Positions 51,669-64,000 of a stretch of 64,000 nt of DNA are shown in pieces. The DNA comes from Lineus longissimus. Its lineage: Eukaryota. A model generated the notes under the pieces. That model worked only from the letters and a program-made list of their open reading frames with translations. It had not been told where the DNA came from and did no database searches. Where the stretch lies: positions 310,001-374,000 of the forward strand of contig NC_088308.1 of NCBI RefSeq assembly GCF_910592395.1, read 5' to 3'. Within the stretch, counting starts at the first letter, position 1; the number at the start of each line of letters is the position of its first letter. Both the position numbers and the translations under genes were made by a program.

Positions 51669-53004
51669 CTTTGTTCGCGTTGTAAAGGTTTCGGGGATAC
51701 GACTAATGCATGCGAGCACCGTCGGCGGAACCCCAAACCGCCCTCTCGATCTATCCGTAAGAACAAGCCACTCTCGTGACCGTCACGTTTACGGACTCCG
51801 GACCTCCAGACTTTAGAGACCGAGCTTTTCTTTACCTTACAATTACTGTATACTCGGCGCCTCACTTATATGTGTTGTTTTTTTCACATACATTGTTCTC
51901 GTGGTTTACGGAAAAGTAGGCCTAAAATGTTATAGTGTCTAAAAACAATATTCAGTTAATGGAATTACACTTTTTTCCATTACTGCTTGCTTGATATTGC
52001 CCTAACAACTTTTTCATGAATCAATTTTGAGCATTATGTTTACAACGTAGTTATTATAGCACGAAATATGAGTCTAAAATGCCAAATACTTGCAACTATT
52101 ATGTTAATCACTGAAATCTTAGTGTACTTATTGCTCGCTATAAGCTAGGTTAATGCGCCCCTAAACCAACGCACTGACAACGCTACCTCCCCGGAACTCA
52201 AACTTTAACGTGAGTTAATTGTAATCTTACTCTCTATATACCAAAGTGATTTACCTAGGAATACAGTTGCACTTCACTGAAAACTAATGATGTGTTGATG
52301 AGTTCAATGATCTTCGATTCCTTTGGTTTTCTTGGCGAACTGACGTCCGACAATCAATGACCCGTTGACGTGTACCTGCAATACGCCATTGTCGTAGTGT
52401 GTAAACAGATCTATTTTTGGACGAAACTCAGCCCCTCACAAACTTTGGTCCATTTCGCCAATGATGACACTGCTTCTAGACTGTACCAAAGCACTTTAAG
52501 CTGTAGCAGTGCTAAGCAAGAGTCAAGACAAATGTCCGCTGCCAGCCGCTGCTGGACCAACCCCCTCGCCCGCCCCCCATCATGATATCAGATTCAGAGG
52601 CCTGGCTGAGCCCTGTGATTTAGCCAAATTCAATATGATTCTTTTCTACTGTGATGTTAAGGCCCTTGTGTCATGCAGCGTATTCGGTAGCACCGGTACA
52701 CAACTTATGTTAAACCGCGACGTCTGCTGCAATTCAAATTGCATATGACGCCAACGGAATTGTGACGACTTGTTTCTCCAATCTTTTAGTGAACAGTGAT
52801 CACGGGCTGTGGGAATTGCGAAGGGATGGTGTAGAGTATCGCCACAACAATGTTGATATGATCACTCGTCGTTTCAGCGGGCATGACTTGGTACATCCAG
52901 TGACCCAGCAAAAGTAGCCTCGGTACAGCCAGAAGTAGCAACAACTCGCAAAAGGGGATCCTTGTCTGACTGGTGGCTGGACCACATGGTAGGTCACCAT
53001 CAAA

Positions 53005-53200
53005 TAAGGGAGTGGATCAAGCACAGCTGGATAGAGGGGGCCCCGTTGAGGGCGAAGCCTGAATATGGTGAGGGCTCGCCCTCACAATCACATGAAAGCG
53101 CAGTAGGCGCTCACCCACGAAGGGAGGTCTGGGGGTCTCCAACAGGAAAATTTTGAAACTGAGATGCTCTCAGATGCGTTTCCCAAGTGTCTGAGAGACG
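53005..53200. mobile_element. Probable non-autonomous DNA-transposon remnant
   Basis: Hairpin GAGGGCGAAGCC...GGGCTCGCCCTC followed by GGGAGGTCTGGGGGTCTCC...AGGAAAATTTTGAAA.TGAGATGCTCTCAGATGCGTTTCC, a pattern I recognise from interspersed invertebrate repeats. Family not assigned. Confidence 0.35.
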
Positions 53201-53948
53201 ATGTTTACTCGTTAATTCACTGCAAAGAAATGCATAACGAAAACGCCACCTAGGTTTTCTTCTTTGGGTTGTGAGGAGAATATTTCAAATCATTTGAGCA
53301 GCAGTGTCTAACCTACAACGCGGTCAATGATTTCCTTACAAAATTAATGGATTTTGGCTTAAATACTGCATCGAACCGCCAAGTCTGACCAATTAATGAT
53401 AGTCGGTATGAAAGGGGCCATGTTTATCAATCTATGTGTATGAACATTTGAAGTGAATTGCTGTAATTCTGACCTCAAAACTCATTATAGAAGCAGGTCC
53501 TAATACGTCATCCGACAATCGAACACAGCAAGTGCACTACATGACGTGCTCGGGTACAATGATGGTATCCTGCTTTGATTTAATGGCAGAAAACATCTAT
53601 GGGCCTGTATGAATTGTCAGTTGATGAATTGAGCTGATTGCACTCTCCCCTGGACTGGAGGCCTAACAAATCACAGTCCTGTGAAAAGCTCTCCGTCCCA
53701 CAGCTGATCTCGTCTTCTTCCAGTCATTAAATCGTGAAATGATACCCATGACACCACACTGTTTCAGCTAATTTTGATTCAGTTCTCTGTCTGACGTCAT
53801 GGATAGCGATCCTGTGACTGAGATTGAGAGTACCTCTGTGTTAGAAGCTATGGTACATGGTTATCTCGATGGTTCAAGTCATATACTCTGTTTTATACTT
53901 CCTGTTTCTTTCTTTCAGTTTTGAATTCCCTGGAACAACTCTGAAAAC

Positions 53949-56900
53949 ATGGCAGGTATTGAAGACGATGAAAGTGCATCTGACATTGAGATGACAGACA
54001 TTAACAAAGGGACACTTAACAATGAACGTACAAACTTTGATGTCCAAATAAAAGATGACCAACCTAACATGCAGTCGTCCCGCAAATGTTGCAGATGCTG
54101 TGACTGTAAGAACTGCATGCAGAGGTGTTACCATTGTTGCATGCCATGCATGACAAAGGAGAACCCTCTGCCAGACAATGCCACACGCTGCGATAGAATC
54201 AAATATGGTTTCCTGTGCCCACCTCATGGCAAGCTCGCCAAACTGATGACATTGGTATTAGCTGTCCTGCTTATGTATGGAACTCTTTGGGCGATAACAG
54301 GAAAGCAGGCACTCCCTGGAGGAAACTTCTTCGGCTTACTTGTGATGCTTGTGTTGTGCCTGATAGGTGGTGCTCTGGTGGAAAAAATACGTCTGCCACC
54401 TCTGTTAGGTAAGACCATATAAAATAAATTACCTAATTCTCATCAGACCATTGGTGAAAAGTTCGTCCAGTAGGCCTAGTGCTCTGGTGGAAAAAATACG
54501 TCTGCCACCTCTGTTAGGTAAGACCATATAAAATAAATTACCTAATTCTCATCAGACCATTGGTGAAAAGTTCGTCCAGTAGGCCTAGTGCTCTGGTGGA
54601 AAAAATACGTCTGCCACCTCTGTTAGGTAAGACCATATAAAATAAATTACCTAATTCTCATCAGACCATTGGTGAAAAGTTCGTCCAGTAGGCCTAGTGC
54701 TCTGGTGGAAAAAATACGTCTGCCACCTCTGTTAGGTAAGACCATATAAAATAAATTACCTAATTCTAATCAGACCATTGGTGAAAAGTTCGTCCAGTAG
54801 GCCTAGGGCAATTTATATTTTATATCTAAATTTTTTGATAATAAAGTGTATTATAACTTGGGGAGGGAGTCCAGATAGCGATACAACCATATGAAGATGT
54901 CAGCAACTTTCATTGTGTATATATGGTTGTACAGTGTATTCTCGCAGCTGAATCGTGGAACGTGTTGCCAAAATGTTCTGATGACGTCATCCAGCACAAA
55001 AAGGTTGATTCTGGAACCAAGTTGAAGATGTAAGTTTTTGTCATATACCTAGTGTATCCATTGTGCCTACCATGTAGCTTACTCTACTGATGGACATGTG
55101 TTTTTCATTGAAATACTCTGCCAACCGCCTGTTGGTGTATTACTGCACAGGTACTAAGTGTATTCGATCTCTGTTTTTAGGAATGTTGGTTGTTGGCTTC
55201 TTACTGCAGAATGTTCCAGTCGTTAACGTTGGCAAGGATATCACCCCAGGTTGGTCATCTGCCCTCAGGTACATACTAAGGCTGTAGTGAACACCAAATC
55301 ACTATTGTTTGTTTTGCTTTCTGTCCTGTCGTAACATTAGTTTTATGATGGGTATTTTCAGAATGGCCAATATTTTACAGGACGGAGACAGGAATGACAG
55401 CGAGTAGCTTACTAAGGATACTTCTTGATGCTGATTGAGCTTCTGCATATAAACATCAAACTGTGCTGAATGACTGATCAACTATCAATTATTGCCATGT
55501 CAAAGGTACTTCGTCTTTGATACCAGTATGAAAAACCCTTGAGACCAAAATTGTACTGCATTATCGAAGGATTCAATTCCTTCCTCCTCTTTCTAGGAAT
55601 ATAGCTCTGGTTGTGATCCTCACACGAGCAGGTTTAGGACTGAATCCAATCGTCCTGAGGAAACTCTCCTTGGTCGTCCTGCGACTTGCATTCACACCAT
55701 GTCTTGTTGAAGCAGTTGTGGTTGCCATTGCCTCACATCTACTGCTTGGTTTTCCCTGGCCATATGGTTTTATGTTGGGGTAAGTCTTGAAGAAAAAGTC
55801 AAAGCCATACACTGTCATAGGACGTTTAGACAGCAGTCTGTCCACGCCATGCTAACTTGATCACACCACTGTGGGCATGAGGGAGCACACACAGGTCTAG
55901 ACTCCGAGGTGACATTCAAGACTGGAGAATCTCAGTGGGCATGTTACTCGGGTAGTTGCAAGCCGGGGTTCAGATACAAATTTTTCATGTTCGTTAATAT
56001 AATTTGTCTAATTTCCTCTCCAGATTTGTGTTAGCTGCAGTTAGTCCTGCCGTTATTGTTCCATCCATGTTATCACTGGAAGAGAAGGGGTATGGAACCG
56101 ACAAGGGTGTACCCACACTTGTCATAGCTGCAGCAAGTGTTGATGATGTACTGGCCATCAGTGCTTTTGGAATTGTACTTGGCATTGCTTTCTCTAACAG
56201 TGAGTGTCTATGATCTTTATTATGATCTGGTTGTTACTTATGTACTGTACCTTCATGTCTCCTTCAATGTACTGTACCTTCATGTCTCCTTCAATGTACT
56301 GTACCTTCATGTCTCCTTCAATGTACTGTACCTTCATGTCTCCTTCAATGTACTGTACCTTCATGTCTCCTTCAATGTACTGTACCTTCATGTCTCCTTC
56401 AATGTACTGTACCTTCATGTCTCCTTCAATGTACTGTACCTTCATGTCTCCTTCAATGTACTCTACCTTCATGTCTCCTTCAATGTACTGTACCTTCATG
56501 TCTCCTTCAATGTACTGTACCTTCATGTCTCCTTCAATGTACTGTACCTTCATGTCTCCTTCAATGTACTGTACCTTCATGTCTCCTTCAATGTACATGT
56601 TATCTTTGAATGATAACAAGTATGTCAATTTATTGACTTTCATGTAAAATCTCTCCGACTTCTAATTACCATCCTAAACCCAACTTTAACTCAACTCGAA
56701 GAGCTCCACTCTGACAGAGGAATATCAGCTATCAATGTTTCTAGTGTGCGATACCTCAGACATGCTGTTCGAGATGTTTATGTAGTAAAGTTAAAGTATG
56801 AAATGAATGTCTTCTTTCTGCAAAGGTGATTTGGCAGTAACCATAGTGCGTGGTCCGTTGGAAGCTCTCCTTGGTGTTGTGTATGGAATACTGTTTGGCC

Positions 56901-59558
56901 TCCTGGCATGGTACTTTCCACACAGTAGGCATGTAAGTATTCGTGTAGCATTTTCAGTATTGAGACATGTTCAAACCCTGCCATGAAGAAGAGTGTGATG
57001 TTCATTCAGTCGGCCAGAAAATCGTCTTGTGTCAGTATAGGTCTCCAAACTGTACGACTTGCACCAAAATAAAATACTGATACAACTCTTTCTTTTCCTC
57101 TCTAGAAAAATGTAGTTCTATTCCGGTGCATAATTATCCTTGCTGGTGGTCTGTTTGCGGTGTTTGGCAGCATTGCCGCTGAGGTTCCAGGTGCTGGGGC
57201 GTTAGGGAGTCTGACCATCGCATTTGTGGCTGCCATCGGGTGGAGGAAGAGGGACAAATGGGAGGATGTGGTAAGTTTGGTGAAACAGAAATTATGGAAA
57301 CTGATTCATTAGGAAATTAAACCTGTGAACCATAAAGTTTTGAAGTGGAATCCGCTTATCATTAGAGACACAGGCACTAAGTGTGACGTGTTCATACACC
57401 CTTGGAACTAGGGGCCTTTGTTAACAACACATACCTGAGGTCAAAGAGTGAAGAAAGTTGTCTCTCAGGTCTTGATCCATAATGAGTACAAACACTGGCT
57501 CATCAAAAGTACTGCCAGTAATTGGGGCAATGATAGACTCGACAGGCCGTATTGTGGTTGACTGAATTGAACTAAAGAAGTGCCTTTCACCCCTTTCATA
57601 TTTCTCAACCAAAGGATACCAGTGAGTCTACCGTGACCTAGACTGGTATACTTGATTTGATGAAGGAGTGTGACAAGAACACATGCATTGGACACAGTGT
57701 ATTATTGCCCTTATTGTCCCTCAGTAATTCTACCTGTACAAATGACATTATCTGGAGGTCATTTTTAGAGGTGTTTTCCTGTGCAAATCTCTTCAGCTCA
57801 GATTTAATTTCATTCTTGTGGCTTCTCTCTTCAGAATCCTGTAACAGAAATCATGGCTTCACTATGGGTGATCTTCCAACCATTACTCTTCGGCCTGATT
57901 GGCAATGAAATCGTGATATCACAACTTGATGGCTCCACTGTAGGTATGTATATGAAACTCATTAGGTCACAACTAGAGGAATGAAACTGATACTTACTCT
58001 TCACAAGAAACCTAAAAACCTTTCTCTACTGTACAGAGGACATCAGGACATGCTTATTACCATGATGAGAGGCTGACCAAACACACCTTAAATCCAAGTA
58101 AACACGTCCAAATTTCTTTGCATTTTGCTGAAACGGAATCGGATATGTTGATACAACGCATAATATATCTTTACCAGTGGCTGAGCCATGAGAGTATTGT
58201 ACAAAAGATGGTTGTGTAAATAGGGATTTTAGGCCAGAGCTGGGGTCATAGTCTTTCAATAGTAGAGATACTATCGCTTTTAGCAACTTTGTCTACCTTA
58301 ATCTTGCCTACTAGCACCTGTCTCTAGTCTCACCTCAATTCGCTCCTTTCAGGTCTTGGTGTTGCAGTTCTCTGTATTGGGCTCGTGTTTCGAGTGGTTG
58401 CCTCGTTCTTGGTTGTGTTCAGGACCAACCTTACCTGGAGAGAGCGCTTCTTCATCCCCATTGCCTGGCTGCCGAAGGCAACAGTTCAGGTGGGCACAGT
58501 TCCCTTGTTATCAAACTCAGTCCAATTCATCTGACCAGAATGTTCTAGTCTGCTATGTTTAGCTGTCAGTATCCTAAAGTACAATATGACCCCCTACAGG
58601 CCACAGAATAACATACATCTTCTTCTTAGTGTTCAATAACAACATCGAATTATCATGTCAGTGGATGTCCAAATCAAGTGGAAGCCTTGTAGTTTGGTCT
58701 AGGAGTTGTTCTCCACTGGGCCTCTAACAGAGCGCAGCATGGTCTTGAACGACGTGCTCTGTGGTCTGTTGGTTCAGTTTCTCTACCACTGCAGATGTTG
58801 TGTCCTTGAGAAGAACACCTTACCCTGCAATGTACAATGCTTCACTTCATGCAGGAGGATAAATAGGTAACAGTTTTGACCATGTTAACTGGGAGTTCCA
58901 ATCCAGGGGAAGCTATGCTCCTGGTCCCTTTACCTCAGCTAGGATGATTTGAATAATTTTGGGTCAGTTAATTGTTGCATTATTTTTTCCGATGCGAATT
59001 TCAGGCTGCTATTGGTCCTATAGCTCTTGATACAGCCAGACAGCTAGGGGGCACACCAGAAGAGATAACCTTGGGATTAAAGGTGAGACATCTCTCTGTA
59101 GACGTATTTGAGCCAGCATGTCAGTCACACAGGCCTATTACAGGTAAAATAGGCCTTTTGTAAAGGCTGTAACAAGCATGACAGGCTAAATTGTTCTTGT
59201 TAGAGTTGGGATTGTGTAAACAGTTTCAGACAGTTAGGCAGGCATTTGCTTACTCTTTTAGTGTATGATTTTGGGTTTTGTACTCAAGGAAGGGAACATA
59301 ATGTATAACTTTTGATTTCAGATTTTAACTATAGCTGTGCTGGTGATAATGATCACAGCTCCAGTAGGCTCGGCTCTGATTGCTCTCACCGGTCCAAAGT
59401 TACTCAAGAAAAGTGTTAAAGGCAGAGAGGGCAGTCAAAATGGGGAGGCGACTTTAGGGGAAGTGGAGGAGGAAGCCCCGGGGGAAGTGGGGGAGAGGTT
59501 GATAGATGGGGAGGCTAGGCCAAAAAGGTTTTCATTTGATAAAGACGAAGGTGACTAG
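53949..59558 (+). CDS. SLC9B2: SLC9B / NHA-type (CPA2) Na+/H+ antiporter, 579 aa, 10 exons
   Basis: Exons 53949-54408, 55181-55268, 55597-55779, 56024-56199, 56826-56932, 57106-57270, 57835-57943, 58353-58489, 59005-59082 and 59322-59558; phase-consistent (1740 nt). Motifs CPPHG, LPPLLGML, LRNIALVVILTRAGLGL, GFVLAAVSPAVIVP, GVPTLVIAAASVDDV (ion-binding DD), FQPLLFGLIG, AWLPKATVQAAIG, ITAPVG. AATAAA at 59595 and 59754. The symbol is family-level (SLC9B1/2). Confidence 0.95.
54370..54806. repeat. 109-bp tandem repeat, 4 copies, made of the 3' end of SLC9B exon 1, its donor and the intron start
   Basis: GTGCTCTGGTGGAAAAAATACGTCTGCCACCTCTGTTAG|GTAAGACCATATAAAATAAATTACC...GTAGGCCTA repeated. Donors at 54409, 54518, 54627 and 54736. 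Confidence 0.97.
56240..56596. repeat. 27-bp tandem repeat, ~13 copies, ~40 nt into SLC9B intron 4
   Basis: ATGTACTGTACCTTCATGTCTCCTTCA repeated. Confidence 0.97.
58735..58945 (+). mobile_element. CORE-like SINE remnant in SLC9B intron 8
   Basis: GTTGTGTCCTTGAGAAGAACACCTTACCC...TGCTTCACTTCATGCAGGAGGATAAATAGGTA resembles the SINE core pattern TGTGTCCTTGGGCAAG.CACTTAACC...AAATGGG. Confidence 0.4.
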
Positions 59559-60414
59559 TCACCTTTACAAACCCTTTTTTGAACTTTTTTACCAATAAAG
59601 TGTTTACTTATTGTTGTACAGATGATCCTGACAAGGTAACTGTAGTTTTGGATTGTTTAGATATAGTATGTTCGACTTGGAGTATAATGGCTCACCTGTG
59701 ATTTAGTCTTAATACTGTGTACAATATATATGTATAAATCGTTACATTTTTCCAATAAAAATCGAATTCATACAAGAAAAAGTTTGTGATTATTCATTAC
59801 TGACCTGGTGAGGAGCAAATAGTGTTGTCTTCATGCTGGAGATCGTGCAACAGGTCCCACCAATGATGCCTGGTTACCTCTGTCTTGGGTCAGGTTGCGA
59901 CACTGTCGTAAGTGAATTGTCCCTCGCAAGAATCCTACCTTGGCCATATTCCTGGACAGGGTTGCGTTGTAATACAACTATCAATACTAGCTTTATATCA
60001 ATTCTTCTGGGTCAAGGATCAACATCAGTAAAGTCATCCCCACACTCCAAAGATGTGTAGGAGACGTGCAACACCTTGTCAACTTCATGGGTTCTGGTTT
60101 TGGTTAGAATGTCTTGCCCTGCCAGTCCTCGGGATTGTAACTTAAACTTAACAACACATGCTGAGCTTGTGTTATTGACCAAGCTTTAAAGACAAGTTGC
60201 CTTCTTGAAGTACCTCATGTTGCTGACGTATGGGTCCTGGGTCCTGGTGTCGAGAACGACACCAGGACCCTCTGCCTGAGACGGAGCTTCTATTGATACA
60301 GATTCGATCTGATTGTAATCTTTAAGACGGTTCCAAGCAGCCTACTCGACTGCTCAAATAGCCTAATTGGAGTAGCTAAGGTACATTACTTGAAGTAGCT
60401 TATCTACCTCAAGA

Positions 60415-61200
60415 GGCTGATCTGTGATGTCCCTCAGGCAACATCAAGACCTTCTGCCTTTGGTCATGTTGGTGGTGATTCCATCTCAGTGTGTACTTGA
60501 CAATCGTCCATGGGTGGGACCTACCTCCTGTCATGTTCTAAGAAAGGGTACTTTGTTAACCCTCACTGTGAAATAGTGGCAGTGCTCAAGAAATAGATTG
60601 GCAAGGAGGTTAAAAGGCTAGTGAAACTGAAGTAAGTCACCTCTTTACAGTAGGGTCGACTATGAGCTACACATAGCTAGATGTGCATCCACAGGTAAAG
60701 GCAACGGACAACATCAGACAGTGTGTGGGTTGATTGTTACAGGCAGCCCACTGGCATCGCAATCATTGGTTGGTGAGATCACTCACTGGGGTTGAACAGT
60801 CTGGAGAGATGGCATAACCACATGCGAATGGTTAGCTGGCCAACAAGGAAGGTCGTCCTCCTACCGGGCTGAACACGATGCCCTGGTAAGGTCGTCTCAG
60901 AACACTAGTGAGCAAAGACCAAGCACTGATCCTGCAGCATAACATGGTCCTGTGCATCCAATCATCCTGCAGATCCTGGCCAGAGACGAGTGGCCTTCAT
61001 CAAAGGACTTGCTCGTGACGTAAGATGTTGGCTGGTGGAGGGGGACGTCAGGGCAAGGCAAGACAATATTTGCCTGGTTGGCAGGATGTTGGATCTTTTC
61101 ATGACAATAGTCGAAGAAGTGTGTTGCAGACCCTACAGTTAGAATACACCTACCTCGGTTATCATCCCGGACAAGTTAGATTGTTATACTGTCAAAGAGA
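60415..61200 (+). pseudogene. Possible highly decayed LINE reverse-transcriptase remnant
   Basis: ICDVPQAT (cf. GVPQG) at ~60420 and YTYLG-[frameshift]-IIPDKLD (cf. KYLGIIISDKLDW) at ~61144. Broken by stops and frameshifts; weak. Confidence 0.25.
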
Positions 61201-62930
61201 CTGCATGACAGTCCACAGTTGAGGCCGACCCACAACAGCTGCTACATGGTCAGGTTACAATCTTGCTGACTCACGGACAATGTCACATCCTAGTGTCATT
61301 GAAGACAGTAGGGATGTACTGAAGACGATGGTGAAGCGTGGTCTTGCTCAATAGTCCTTTGGTGAGGGAAAGGCTCTAGGGGTGAAGAGGAACTTCCAGT
61401 ACCTACCATCAGGCAATAAATGAACAAGCATATCATAACAAAAGATATCCACAAATTTATTTAGTGTCATGATCATAATCAATGGGTTTACATACCATAT
61501 ATCTATACCATATTCTACATTCAATTATGAATATTGAAAAACATGACTGATGGAATACAAAAGAGGGAAGTTGGGTTCTGTTAAATATCACACCAGTACA
61601 AACAAAAGAATTCAAAGCACCGCGCCGTTTTCAATAACATTAGTGTTCTTGATAACGAAGACCATGGTCTCGTAGGTTTCGATCATATACAGTGAAGCCA
61701 CAGTCTGTGCATTGGTCGCAGCCTCACTTAATTGTATTCTAATAGGATACAAGTCTTTGTAATTCGCATACTTATGTTAGGTGTACCTCACTATAGCTAA
61801 AGGGTTGCTTTGGAAGACAATAAAAGATACTTAAGATAAAATTAAAATCACTAACAGGTGGCTACTGTCTTAATACGATGAACAAATGACTAACAACAGC
61901 GACAGAACTACCGTACCTGAAATGGAATATTGTCCCCCAACTTCTGGAACGAGCGACAGACTGACCTGTGTAGCCAGAGGTGGTTCAATTCATTGAGGAA
62001 AGGTGTGGGCCATTTCATGCCACTTTTGGGAAGGTTGAAACCCTGTTTTACGGTAGCTTGAAGTGAAATTTATTCCCTTTGTGAAGTAAGGTTGCCAAGT
62101 GGGAAAAATCACTTTGAAGGACAATTTTACAATACTTACGCATTATTTTGCTCACTTATCAGTAACATCACAAAAATTGACATGATTTCAACAGTAGTGA
62201 GAAGATATATTTTTACAAAAGGCACAGATCCCAGTTAACACATTGAGAGGATGTTTATCACCATATTCAGTCCATGTTATGTGTGGCTTAAAGTAGGTCG
62301 GTGGGCTATTTCTCCATTTCGCTGGTTAAAATACCAATACATGAAGCTAAGAGCTGTAGATAACTTATTACCTATTAGCACGAGGAGAGATATTTCTTGA
62401 TTCTCGGCAGCCATCTTGGATCCCGAGTGCCATCTTGAATTTATCGAAATCCATTAAGTGCCAATAGTCCTTTGAAACATTATAGCCAAGATTTTCTTTA
62501 AACATCGTACCAATAATAATAATATGAATTGGTCACGGATTGGGATGGCCCAGGGACCCGTCCACCAACTCTCGTAATGTTCCCATCTATAGAGAGTTTC
62601 CGTTGCTGCATCCCATGATAGAGTGACATCTCGTTATTGATAATAATGTGACGAAATGATTCTTTGCATGACACCATGTCACAATATCGTGAAACGCTGC
62701 AACAGCGCCTTTCTTTCGACAAGGCGGGATTGATCACCCGCATCAGGCACTGGGAAGACCCCAGATGGTCGATGTCGCCATTCAGCAGACGGAGCTATTC
62801 TATAATGAGCGAGTAGGAACGAGGCTGGATGTAAAAACAGTCCATCTTGCAGAAGAGCAGAGGTCACATTTCTCAAAATGCCGATGATGGAGGAAAGAAT
62901 AACAAAACATTGAAACGAGGAGAAGTAGCA

Positions 62931-63143
62931 TCATACGTAGCTCGACTCCTCATCCTGAATAGTCACTTTCATGTAGCGTCTGTATCGGCTATTGTTTACT
63001 CCAATCCTGATCGTCGATTCACTAGTCGTATGACTTGAGGTGGACTTGCGGTTGTTTTCGTCGGAGTCGCAATGTTTGTCGCCGAAACAAGGATGGCAGA
63101 AGCACTGAGCGAAGAGCTGGCGGAATGCACGTTTGTACTTTTC
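62931..63143 (-). CDS. Last coding exon of a probable class A (neuropeptide-type) GPCR: helix 8 and C-terminal tail; upstream exons not identified, probably beyond the window
   Basis: Minus-strand acceptor CCTTCCTTCTCTTGCAG|GAA, then EKYKRAFRQLFAQCFCHPC (helix-8 FRxL plus Cys cluster) and a Ser/Thr-rich tail to TGA. Minus-strand AATAAA at ~61457. Confidence 0.65.
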   Translation of the reverse strand, partial: EKYKRAFRQLFAQCFCHPCFGDKHCDSDENNRKSTSSHTTSESTIRIGVNNSRYRRYMKVTIQDEESSYV

Positions 63144-64000
63144 CTGCAAGAGAAGGAAGGTGAAAGTTTGATACAGCATATCTGCAACGCGTCCATCTAG
63201 TCTAGTTATAATTCACCTGTCGGATGTTGATGTTATCGCAATAGAACTCCAAAATTAGCGGTTGGGACGAGGTGATCAGGTCATGAGGTTTAGTTTCAAA
63301 AGATCTCATTTCGTTCCACGGAATCTAGTTCAGCAGGGAAGTTTTTTGCGAAGCCCCGAATCGCCTATCATTCGCCAACCTTATCACGAAGCCGAAGAGC
63401 GAGATAGGCATTAAAGTTACCGTTTCAAGGGCTTTGGGGAAAGTCTCCACTGTAGCCTCTTGCACTTTTGAACAAGAGGGAAGAATTCTTCACCTGACAC
63501 CTGATGTTGTATACTCAGCAACAACTTACAGGCTATGTGACCCCACTGCGGTCATTTCCCCAGTGACGCCCATCTCAAAGCATAAGCGCCTTACATATTC
63601 TCGTCATGAGTCAATAATGCGACGCCAATCACTCGACCAAACTTTTTCTTTCACACCATAAGCTCGACGGCACGACCAAGGTCTTCATATTTCTTTCCCG
63701 TTGAGCACAGGGAATTCAGGGGGGGATTATGAGAAAATCGTCTTTTTTACGTTTTCTTTACCGACAAGGAGAATGCTGAGGAGATATTTGTCTCACAGTG
63801 CTCTGTAGACAGACATGGACAACGTAACCTAAGAAAACCGTTTTTTATCTCTTGCAATCAACCTGATTTCTCATCTCATCTTTTTGATTCTCCTATGACA
63901 ATAAAGCGATCACGAGACATCGTGATCGGGCAGCAAGTATTGCAATCAATCAGTCGACATGCAGCTGGTGCAAGAAGATCACCAAAACGTAATGAAATCA

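Noticed and set aside
51189..51816. Three overlapping plus-strand ORFs of 153-201 aa
   Set aside because: All three frames of a stop-free 56-bp repeat cycle through the same peptide; this is a repeat artefact.
53799..53948. Upstream ATG exon (MDSDPVTEIESTSVLEAM) extending SLC9B
   Set aside because: Splicing ATG|gtacat to the acceptor at 53918 gives TTT TGA in frame; at most a uORF or 5' UTR exon.
56137..56647. ORFs on both strands (VLYLHVSFN / MKVQYIEGD repeats)
   Set aside because: They are translations of the intronic 27-bp repeat.

Overview
Eukaryotic (invertebrate metazoan, probably lophotrochozoan; this is an inference) genomic DNA with short GT-AG introns and many minisatellites. Gene models were built by hand from splice sites and phase continuity. 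On the + strand: an intronless orphan class A GPCR (6676-7710); a 3-exon GPI-anchored Ly6/three-finger protein (13258-18479); a 5-exon MOLO-1/TPM-type membrane protein (22468-25697); an EXD1/egalitarian-like DEDDy exonuclease with an intronless CDS and a C-terminal C4 zinc ribbon (27726-28703); an orphan 189-aa ORF carrying an LEWD motif (30991-31560); a 21-exon, 1541-aa TRPM channel with no C-terminal enzyme domain (34138-46878); and a 10-exon, 579-aa SLC9B/NHA Na+/H+ antiporter (53949-59558). On the - strand: the last exon of a probable class A GPCR (62931-63143). Non-coding structure includes adjacent 75-bp and 56-bp satellites nested in an older duplication, a foldback-like pair of inverted 68-bp arrays, a palindrome-bearing 56-bp array and several tRNA-derived SINE pieces. 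The most striking pattern is a set of unrelated tandem repeats at intron 5' ends, two of which amplify the exon end plus its splice donor (14x in TRPM, 4x in SLC9B). There is no CRISPR array or prokaryotic system.
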